Shown here: one piece after another, positions 55,668 to 64,000 of the stretch
Numbering within the stretch: position 1 is the first letter of the stretch
How the letters are laid out: each line of letters opens with the position of its first letter
Source: Gemmatimonadota bacterium
GTDB taxonomy: Bacteria; Gemmatimonadota; Gemmatimonadetes; Palauibacterales; Palauibacteraceae
Direction of reading: 5' to 3'
DNA: 64,000 nucleotides
Assembly: GCA_963666735.1 (NCBI GenBank)
Contig: OY762926.1
Coordinates: forward strand, 3,776,001-3,840,000
Program-made: the position numbers and the translations under genes
Notes under the pieces: generated by a model
Seen by the model: the letters and a program-made list of their open reading frames with translations, nothing else
What the model was told of the DNA's origin: nothing
Database searches by the model: none

Positions 55668-56608
55668 CGGGAACGCTCCGCCGCCCGAAACGCGGCCTGT
55701 GGCGGCGGATCGTCGACTTCGCGCTCACGGATGTGAACACGCTCGTCGACGGGGGGCTCGATGGCGCGGCCATCGAGCGCCTGGAGGAAGTCCTGCTCGA
55801 AGCGGATTTCGGGGTCGACATCACGCTCGAACTCGTCGAGGCGCTCGAGCGGGCGGCGAGCCGCGGCGCCATCGCGACGGAAGACGATCTGCGCGCTACG
55901 CTGAGGGCCCGGCTCGCCGAGGCGCTGGCCACTGCCGAGCCTCCCGCCGCTCAGCCCCCCGGCGGATCGCCCGGCGACCCGCCTCCGCCCGGCGCCGGAC
56001 CGGGCGTCCTCCTGCTCGTGGGCGTGAACGGCGTGGGGAAGACGACGACCGCGGCGAAGCTTGCCGCCCGCCTGCAGGCCGGAGGGGACCGCGTGCTGCT
56101 CGCGGCGGCGGACACGTTCCGCGCGGGGGCGCAGGAGCAGCTCCGGGCGTGGGCGGATCGGCTGCGGACCGATTTCGTCGGGGGAACGCCCGGAGCGGAC
56201 CCGGCCTCCGTGGCGTTCGACGCATTGGTGGCGGCGCGCGCGCGGGATGCCGCCTGGGTGCTGGTCGATACGGCCGGCCGGCTTCATACGCAGGACGATC
56301 TGATGCGCGAATTGGTCAAGATCGATCGAGTGCTCGGCCGACAGGTGGAGGGCGCGCCGTACGAGCGGCTGCTGGTCGTCGACGCGACCTCCGGACAGAA
56401 CGTGATGAACCAGGCGCGACAGTTCGGCGCGTCGCTCGACCTCACGGGTCTCGTGCTCGCGAAGTTCGACAGCACGGCGCGCGCCGGTACGGTCGTCTCC
56501 GTCGTGCGCGAACTCTCCGTCCCGGTTCGGTTCCTCGGAGTGGGGGAGTCCCCGGAAGACCTCGAGGAGTTCTCGCCCGACCGGTATCTCGACAAGATCC
56601 TGGTGTAG
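55664..56608 (+). CDS. ftsY: Signal recognition particle receptor FtsY
   Basis: LEE.LL.AD.G, GVNGVGKTTT, DTFRAGA.EQL, DTAGR, K.D.TA..G, GVGE..DL. Confidence 0.95.
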   Translation: MTGTLRRPKRGLWRRIVDFALTDVNTLVDGGLDGAAIERLEEVLLEADFGVDITLELVEALERAASRGAIATEDDLRATLRARLAEALATAEPPAAQPPGGSPGDPPPPGAGPGVLLLVGVNGVGKTTTAAKLAARLQAGGDRVLLAAADTFRAGAQEQLRAWADRLRTDFVGGTPGADPASVAFDALVAARARDAAWVLVDTAGRLHTQDDLMRELVKIDRVLGRQVEGAPYERLLVVDATSGQNVMNQARQFGASLDLTGLVLAKFDSTARAGTVVSVVRELSVPVRFLGVGESPEDLEEFSPDRYLDKILV

Positions 56609-56612
56609 TCCG

Positions 56613-58787
56613 GTGACGCCCGCACGCTCCATCCTGAAGGGGTCCGTGCAGTACCTGAAGGGCGTCGGCCCTCGCCGGGCGGAGCGCTTCGCGAAGATCG
56701 ACGTGCACACGGGTCAGGATCTTCTCTACCACCTTCCGTACCGGTATGAGGACGCGACCACCGTCGACGCGATCTCCGAACTGAAGGTCGGCCAGGATGC
56801 GACGGTCATCGGGCGCGTGGTCTCGAAGGGCGTCATCCCCACGCGCCGCCGGCTGCGCGTCTTCCGTGCCGTGATCCGGGACGGGAGCGGCCACATCGAA
56901 TGCGCCTGGCCGGGACGCCCGTGGCTCGACCGGACGATCGACAAGGGCGACCTGCTGCTCGCCTCTGGACCCGTGCGCTTCTACCACGGCCGACAACTCC
57001 AGCCGCGCGAACACGTCGTGCTCGCCCAGGCCTCCGACGAGAGAGGCGCCTCCGGCGGCAGATCCGCCGGGCTGTCCGCGCCCTCCGGAGAAAGATCCGC
57101 GGAGCCGGCGGCCTCCGGGGAGCGTCCCTCCGCGGAGCGGCCCGTCGCGGGGCGGGTGTTCCCCGTCTACGCCGCCACCGAGGGGCTCACGCATCGGCAG
57201 ATCCGCGCCGTCATCGAACTGAACCTCGCCGGTCTCCTCTCCGACCTCGGAGACGAAGACCCGATTCCCGGCGACTGGCTCGAGGAACTCTCCCTCCCCC
57301 CGCTCCCGGAGGCCCTTCGCACGCTGCACCGCCCGTCCGCCGTCGCCCAGGTCGAGCGCTGCCAGCGGCGCCTCGCCTTCGAGGAACTCTTCTTCCTCCA
57401 GCTTCTCCACGCCCGAGCCCGCGCGCGTCTCCGGCACGAACTCCGGGGCATCGCCTTCGGTGCCCCGGCCACGCTCACCCGTTCGCTCCTGAACGCCCTC
57501 CCCTTCGAACTCACCGCGGCCCAGCGCCGGGCCTGGTCCGAGATCGAAGCCGACATGGCTCGCCCCGCGCCGATGAACCGTCTGCTGCAGGGAGATGTCG
57601 GGAGCGGGAAGACGGTCGTGGCCGCGCTCGCCATGCTCAAGGCGATCGAGGCGGGACGGCAGGCGGCGATCATGGCCCCGACGGAACTGCTGGCCGAGCA
57701 GCACCAGCGCACGTTCGTGGAGATGCTCGGCCCGCTCGGCGTGGAGCCTGTGCTCCTTACCGGTTCCGTCACCGGGAAGGCGCGACAGCGGGTCCTGGCG
57801 CGGATCGCCGCCGGCGACGCCCGCCTCGTCCTCGGCACGCACGCGCTGATCCAGGAGGGCGTCGACTTTGCGTCACCGGGGCTCGTCGTCATCGACGAAC
57901 AGCACCGCTTCGGCGTGGAACAGCGCCGCCGGCTTCGGGAGAGCGGCGAGGCCCCCGACGCCCTCGTGATGTCCGCGACGCCGATCCCCCGCAGCCTCGC
58001 CCTCGTTCTCTATGGCGACCTCGACCTCTCCATCATCGACGAACTTCCCCCGGGCCGGCGGCCGATCCGAACCGCGGTGCGCGGCGCCGAGAGCCGCGAT
58101 GCCGCGTTCGACTTCCTCGGCGACCAGCTCGCGGCGGGCCGCCAGGCGTACGTCGTCTACCCGCTCGTCGAGGAGTCCGAGGTCCTCGAGGCCCGCGCCG
58201 CCACGGTCATGTTCGAGCAGCTCGAGGCCCGTTTCCCGGACGCTGCGGTGCGGCTCCTGCACGGGCGCCTCTCCTCTGCGGAGAAGGACGAGGTAATGCG
58301 GAGCTTCCTCGCGGGCGACACGAACCTCCTGGTCGCGACCACGGTCATCGAGGTGGGCATCGACGTGCCCAACGCGACCGTGATGATGATCGAGGACGCG
58401 GAGCGTTTCGGCCTCGCGCAGCTCCATCAGCTGCGGGGACGCGTCGGGCGGGGCGCCGAGCAGTCCTACTGCATCGTCTTCCACGCCTCCGAGACGCCGT
58501 CGGAGCGGCTCGTCGCCTTCGAGAAGAAGACCAACGGCTTCGAACTCGCCGAGGAAGACCTCAGGATCCGCGGCCAGGGCGACCTCTTCGGCAAGGAGCA
58601 GCACGGCGCCGTCCTCCTGAAGTTCGCCCAACTGGACCGCGACCACGACCTGCTGGATGCCGGACGCCAGCGGGCCCGCGCCATCGTCGACGCCGACCCC
58701 GCGCTCTCGAAGCCGGCCCACCGCCGGTTCCGTCACGAACTCGAACTCCGCTACGCCCAGCGGGAGGCGCTCTACCACGTCGGTTGA
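56613..58787 (+). CDS. recG: ATP-dependent DNA helicase RecG
   Basis: LKGVGP, QGDVGSGKT, DEQHRFG, SATPIPR, HQLRGRVGRG, EDL.IRG.G. Confidence 0.97.
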   Translation: MTPARSILKGSVQYLKGVGPRRAERFAKIDVHTGQDLLYHLPYRYEDATTVDAISELKVGQDATVIGRVVSKGVIPTRRRLRVFRAVIRDGSGHIECAWPGRPWLDRTIDKGDLLLASGPVRFYHGRQLQPREHVVLAQASDERGASGGRSAGLSAPSGERSAEPAASGERPSAERPVAGRVFPVYAATEGLTHRQIRAVIELNLAGLLSDLGDEDPIPGDWLEELSLPPLPEALRTLHRPSAVAQVERCQRRLAFEELFFLQLLHARARARLRHELRGIAFGAPATLTRSLLNALPFELTAAQRRAWSEIEADMARPAPMNRLLQGDVGSGKTVVAALAMLKAIEAGRQAAIMAPTELLAEQHQRTFVEMLGPLGVEPVLLTGSVTGKARQRVLARIAAGDARLVLGTHALIQEGVDFASPGLVVIDEQHRFGVEQRRRLRESGEAPDALVMSATPIPRSLALVLYGDLDLSIIDELPPGRRPIRTAVRGAESRDAAFDFLGDQLAAGRQAYVVYPLVEESEVLEARAATVMFEQLEARFPDAAVRLLHGRLSSAEKDEVMRSFLAGDTNLLVATTVIEVGIDVPNATVMMIEDAERFGLAQLHQLRGRVGRGAEQSYCIVFHASETPSERLVAFEKKTNGFELAEEDLRIRGQGDLFGKEQHGAVLLKFAQLDRDHDLLDAGRQRARAIVDADPALSKPAHRRFRHELELRYAQREALYHVG

Positions 58788-58852
58788 CCCGGCCCGCGCT
58801 CCGGCAGTCGCGTTTGCCCCGCCCCGAAGGGCACCGCAACTTGTCGCGGCAC

Positions 58853-60154
<1,302 letters not shown>

Positions 60155-60191
60155 CCCACAGGGCCCCCGGCGGTCCCTGGAAGGAGGACGG

Positions 60192-60734
60192 ATGACAGGG
60201 AAACAGTTGTTTGGCACGACGCTCACGCTGGGCGCGGCCTTGGCACTCGGGACAGCTCTGGCGCTCGGGATGGCCCTGACACCGGCGGCTCCGCTCGCCG
60301 CGCAGGAGCACGCCGAGATGGCCGAGATGATGCACTCCGTCGAATACCTGGGCGGACGGCCCGGATCGCCCTTCTCCGAGGCCGTCCGGGTCGGGAACGT
60401 CCTCTACCTCTCCGGCAAGCTCGGGACCGTGCCCGGCGAGGGCCTCGCCGTGGGCGGGATCATCCCCGAGACGCAGCAGACGATGCGGAACATCGCGGAT
60501 GCGCTCGAGCGCTACGGCTCGTCGATGGACGAGGTCGTGAAGTGCACCGTCTTCCTGGCCGACATCGCCGATTTCCGCGACATGAGCCGCACCTACATGG
60601 AGTTCTTCCCCAACCATCGGCCGGCGCGCAGCGCGTTGGCGGTGGCCGGCCTGGTGCTGGATGCGCGCGTGGAAATCGAGTGCATCGCGACCATCGGCCT
60701 CCCGGGAAGCGGCGGCGGGGACGGCGGCTCATAG
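60192..60734 (+). CDS. RidA/YjgF family protein with N-terminal signal peptide
   Basis: PFSEAV.VG..LYLSG, VVK.TVFL.D, PARS (catalytic Arg), VEIE.IA; signal peptide ending PLAA/Q. Confidence 0.88.
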   Translation: MTGKQLFGTTLTLGAALALGTALALGMALTPAAPLAAQEHAEMAEMMHSVEYLGGRPGSPFSEAVRVGNVLYLSGKLGTVPGEGLAVGGIIPETQQTMRNIADALERYGSSMDEVVKCTVFLADIADFRDMSRTYMEFFPNHRPARSALAVAGLVLDARVEIECIATIGLPGSGGGDGGS

Positions 60735-60753
60735 AGGCCCGCGGCGGCGTCCG

Positions 60754-60981
60754 GTGATCCGGCTCACCTGGCTCGGCTTCGTCGTCGGCGCGATCGTGTT
60801 CGCGGTGCTCGGGATGTGGATGAACACGCAGATCCCCGCCCCGATGTTCTCGAACCCCGGCCCCGTCGGGATCCTCGCCCTCATCGGCGGTACGACGTCG
60901 GGCCTCGTGAGCCCCCTCCTGTTTCGTCGCATCGGGGCCCGCCGCCGTCGCCGGGGTGTGGGCCGCAACTCGGAGCCCTGA
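60754..60981 (+). CDS. Small two-TM hypothetical protein
   Basis: Two hydrophobic segments and Arg-rich tail; GTG start. Confidence 0.5.
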   Translation: MIRLTWLGFVVGAIVFAVLGMWMNTQIPAPMFSNPGPVGILALIGGTTSGLVSPLLFRRIGARRRRRGVGRNSEP

Positions 60982-61005
60982 CCGAGACGTTCCCGCGGGA
61001 ACGTC

Positions 61006-61689
61006 CTATCCCGCCTCTCCGGTCTCGGCGAGGCGCCGCAGGACGCCGGCGTCGAGGCGGTGTCCTCCCGCGTAGGTTTGGGAGGTGAAACGGACGCGCG
61101 CCGCCCGTAGCCGCGCCTCGTGGGCTTCGATGGCGGCCCGATCGAAGTACTCGTCCGCCTCGCCCACGACGAGGTGGAGACCGGCGGCGGAGAGCGTGTC
61201 GCCGTGCTCGCTCAGGTCGAGGTCCGGCGGCACCGTCGAGCCCCACAGGATGGCACGGTCGATGCGGGCGCGGCCGAACGCGAGCCAGCGGCACAGGGTG
61301 TGGACGCCCTGCGAGAACCCGAGTCCCACGATCCGCGGGGGCGCCGACCCTCCGGCCGTCCTTCGTGACTCCTCGGCGAGCACGTGTGCGTGGAGCCGGT
61401 CGAGGTAGCCGATGTAGTCCTCGATGTCCGTGAGACGGTCTTCGCTCGTCATCCACGAGGCGCCCACCTTGCGCGACTCATGGTCGATGTACTGCCGGTG
61501 CAGGCCCTCCGGAGCGACGACGCACCGGGCGCCCGCGTGGATCGGCTGGAAATACCGCAGGAAGCGGTGGGCGAGCTGGTTGTACCCGTGCAGGGCGAAC
61601 CAGATCTCGGTCACCGGTCGCTCGTGCGGCTCGAGAACGGCGAATCGCATGCGCCGCTCGATCGTGATGTGTCTCGGTTCGATCGACAC
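61006..61689 (-). CDS. Alpha/beta-hydrolase (phospholipase/carboxylesterase family)
   Basis: LHGY, GFSQG nucleophile, DEY, GGH; SD GGAGG before GTG 61689. Confidence 0.87.
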   Translation of the reverse strand: MSIEPRHITIERRMRFAVLEPHERPVTEIWFALHGYNQLAHRFLRYFQPIHAGARCVVAPEGLHRQYIDHESRKVGASWMTSEDRLTDIEDYIGYLDRLHAHVLAEESRRTAGGSAPPRIVGLGFSQGVHTLCRWLAFGRARIDRAILWGSTVPPDLDLSEHGDTLSAAGLHLVVGEADEYFDRAAIEAHEARLRAARVRFTSQTYAGGHRLDAGVLRRLAETGEAG

Positions 61690-61726
61690 CAAACCTCCGG
61701 GGTCGGAAGGGATGATAGGTTGTCGC

Positions 61727-62170
61727 ATGGCTTCCGGGTTCGTCTACAGGCGCAGGGTCGAGTTCGCGGATACGGACACCGCGAACCTCATCCACTTCAC
61801 GGCGCTCCTCCGCTTCATGGAGGAGGCCGAGCACGCGCTCTACCGGTCGCTGGACTTCGTCGGCTATCGCTGGAGCGAGGACTCCGTGTTCGGCATGCCG
61901 CGCGTCTCCGTCTCGTGCGACTACCTGGGCGCCGTCCGCTACGGCGACGAGGTGGACGTCAGGCTCCGGGTCAGAGAGGTGCGCCGCAAGGCGATCCGCT
62001 ATTCCGCCGAGTTCACGATCGACCGCTCAGGAGGGCGGGACGTCGTGGCCCGCAGCGACTGGACCGTCGTCTGCGCCCGCCGGGAGCACGGCAGCCTCGA
62101 CTGGCAGGGCATCGAGATCCCTCCGCCGCTCAAGGCACGCCTCGAGGCGGTGTCCGCCGCCCCCGAATAA
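61727..62170 (+). CDS. Hotdog-fold acyl-CoA thioesterase (4HBT/YbgC family)
   Basis: RVEFADTD...HF....FMEEAE, CDY....YGD. Confidence 0.85.
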   Translation: MASGFVYRRRVEFADTDTANLIHFTALLRFMEEAEHALYRSLDFVGYRWSEDSVFGMPRVSVSCDYLGAVRYGDEVDVRLRVREVRRKAIRYSAEFTIDRSGGRDVVARSDWTVVCARREHGSLDWQGIEIPPPLKARLEAVSAAPE

Positions 62171-62197
62171 GCCGCCTGCCGAAGCCGGGACGGGTCC

Positions 62198-62611
62198 TCA
62201 GGCGTCCGCGCTGAACACCGTTCCCCCGGCCTCAGCCGCGGCTCTCGCGAGCTCTTGGTCCAGCGTTGCAAGGGGGCCGTCCAGGCGTAACGCCAATTCC
62301 AGGTACATCGCGTCGTAGACCGTCAGGTTGTGCTCCCGCGCGATCCGGAGGACCATGGCGCCATGCGGCGTGTGATCCAGCGTGATGGGCAGGTCGTCGA
62401 GTGCCGCGAGTGCGGCATCCGTGCCCGCGGGCGAAATGCGGCCCCTTCTCTCGGCGGCGAGGAGACCGTTGCGCAGTTCCGCCCACCAGATCTGCGGCGC
62501 CATGCCACCCCCGACCCTCAACCGCTTCAGCGCCGCGTCAGCGAGGGCGGAGGACTCATCCACCAAGGCCCAAGCCAAGGCGGCGGAACAGTCGATGACA
62601 AGCGGTCTCAC
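62198..62611 (-). CDS. vapC: PIN-domain toxin (VapC family)
   Basis: VID.S, E.RN, L.VYDA.YL.LA, LATLD. Confidence 0.9.
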   Translation of the reverse strand: MRPLVIDCSAALAWALVDESSALADAALKRLRVGGGMAPQIWWAELRNGLLAAERRGRISPAGTDAALAALDDLPITLDHTPHGAMVLRIAREHNLTVYDAMYLELALRLDGPLATLDQELARAAAEAGGTVFSADA

Positions 62612-62850
62612 CGGCGGCCTTCGTCCCGGAAGGCCAGGATCTCTTCGACAGAGAGGGTACCAAACTGCTCACGGAGCGCCTTCAGCCTCGCGACGGCCGC
62701 GTCCACCGCCTGAAGATCGGGAGTGTTTGGGGGAACGAGCCGGGCCATGGGACGTCCTCGCTTCGTGATCACGACGGTCTCACCGGCTGCCACCGATTCG
62801 AGAAGAGCCGAGAGGTGTGTCTTCGCTTCGAATGTGCCTACTTCGCGCAT
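62608..62850 (-). CDS. Phd/YefM family antitoxin
   Basis: EAKTHLS.LL..V..GE.V.ITKRG.P.ARLVP; 4-bp overlap with the toxin. Confidence 0.92.
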   Translation of the reverse strand: MREVGTFEAKTHLSALLESVAAGETVVITKRGRPMARLVPPNTPDLQAVDAAVARLKALREQFGTLSVEEILAFRDEGRR

Positions 62851-62881
62851 CTCGCTATCCTCATCCTCCGCTCAGGTAATA

Positions 62882-62920
62882 AACTAGTCAACAATCTAGT
62901 TGTCTGGCGCGATGCGTCAA
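62882..62920 (-). promoter_or_regulatory. TA promoter with palindromic operator
   Basis: Minus strand TTGACG (62920-62915) - 16 bp - TAGATT (62898-62893); inverted repeat AACTAG-N8-CTAGTT (62882-62901) over the -10. Confidence 0.7.
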
Positions 62921-62926
62921 GCTGGG

Positions 62927-64000
62927 TCAAGAAGGCAAGGCTGCGATGTCGAGCACGGTGACGGCGTGGCGGCCCGTCGCGCCGGCGAGGTCGGCGACCT
63001 GATGGCGGCAGCTCGTGCCGTTGGCCACGAGCCATTCGTCGTGCGCGAGAGCGCGGACGGCGGGGAGGAGTTCGAGTTCGGCGACGCGGCGGGAGACCGC
63101 CGCGTGCTCCGTCTCGTAACCGAAGGAGCCCGCCATGCCGCAGCAGCCGGCGGGAATCGCTTCGACCTCGAGGTCGGGGATCGCCCTGAGGACCTCCAGC
63201 GTCGGGCCGTCCGCGCCGAACGCCTTCTCGTGGCAGTGGCCGTGGACGCGGACTCGCCGGACGGGCAGGAGCGCCAGTTCGAGCCGATCGAGCGCGCCTG
63301 ACTCGACGAGCCATTCGGTGAGCAGCCGGGCGCGCGCGGCCACCTCCGCCGCCGCAGGGCCCGAATCCAGCGCGGGCAGTTCATCGCGCAGCGTGAGGAG
63401 ACACGACGGTTCGAGTCCCACCACCGGAATTCCGCGCGCCACGAACCGGCTCAGCGCGCGGACGGTGCGGTCGAGTTCGGCCCGCGCCTCCTCGACGAGA
63501 CCCGCGTTGAGGAACGTGCGCCCGCAACAGAGCGGCCGGCCCGCCGTGACCGCCTCCTCCACCCGATAGCCCGCGCGCGCCAGCACACGAACGGTGGCGC
63601 GGGCGTTCTCCGGCTCGAAGTAGCGCGTGAAGGTGTCGACGAAGAGCGCGACCCTCGGCCCGTGCGCCGCTGCCGCGGAAGGCCGTGTACGAGCCGCGAA
63701 CCGCCGCGACGGGTCCGCGAACGGCCGCGACGACCAGCGCGGGAGAGGCCGGTCGGCCGCCAGGCCCCCCATGCGCTCTCCGAGACGCGCGAGGGCGGGG
63801 ATCCGGTTCCGGAGGTTGGCGAGCGGTGCGAGATGGGAGACGAGCGGCGCGTAGCGGGGGAGATACGCGAACGCCCGGTCCCGGGGCGAGAGCGGCTGCT
63901 CGGCGCGCAGGCGGTGCAGGAACTCCACCTTCATGCGGGCCATGTCGACCCCGGTCGGACATTCGCGCCGGCACCCCTTGCAGCCCAGGCAGAGGTCCAT
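62927..64000 (-). CDS. Fe-S oxidoreductase C-terminal part (GlcF/YdiJ-like, CCG domains), 5' partial
   Basis: CLGCKGCRRECP ferredoxin motif, CCGR, LEPSC, HGHCH, CCGMAGSFGY, GTSCRHQ. Confidence 0.88.
   Translation of the reverse strand: MDLCLGCKGCRRECPTGVDMARMKVEFLHRLRAEQPLSPRDRAFAYLPRYAPLVSHLAPLANLRNRIPALARLGERMGGLAADRPLPRWSSRPFADPSRRFAARTRPSAAAAHGPRVALFVDTFTRYFEPENARATVRVLARAGYRVEEAVTAGRPLCCGRTFLNAGLVEEARAELDRTVRALSRFVARGIPVVGLEPSCLLTLRDELPALDSGPAAAEVAARARLLTEWLVESGALDRLELALLPVRRVRVHGHCHEKAFGADGPTLEVLRAIPDLEVEAIPAGCCGMAGSFGYETEHAAVSRRVAELELLPAVRALAHDEWLVANGTSCRHQVADLAGATGRHAVTVLDIAALPS

Overview
Very GC-rich bacterial core-genome window; gene content suggests a diderm, possibly Gemmatimonadota-like (inference, not tested). 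It is almost entirely housekeeping, mostly on the + strand. In order: aldehyde dehydrogenase, lepB, an atypical sigma-70 factor, rplM-rpsI-rpsB-tsf-pyrH-frr, tilS-hpt-ftsH-folP-cdaA, exbB-exbD-exbD-tonB, yggS-divIVA-ileS-dksA-like-lspA-rluD, tRNA-Val(TAC), copD, an amidohydrolase/omega-aminotransferase pair, ybdK, HU, orphan coxE-coxD/coxG, an exported TPR protein, a dcw cluster (mraZ to ftsZ, no ddl) that runs on into M23 peptidase-vWA protein-ftsY-recG-asnS-exported RidA, an esterase/thioesterase pair, a Phd-VapC toxin-antitoxin module and a partial Fe-S oxidoreductase. I found no CRISPR array, integrase, transposase or prophage, and no clear-cut new multi-gene system. The best leads are an RpoD-like sigma factor with domain 3 deleted, a GVHH-type IleRS2, a vWA membrane protein and M23 peptidase coupled behind ftsZ, a probable CTG start for pyrH, candidate leaderless transcripts, a RidA with a signal peptide, and recurrent short tandem duplications. 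All calls come from motif recognition by eye; no database searches were run and some start codons are uncertain.
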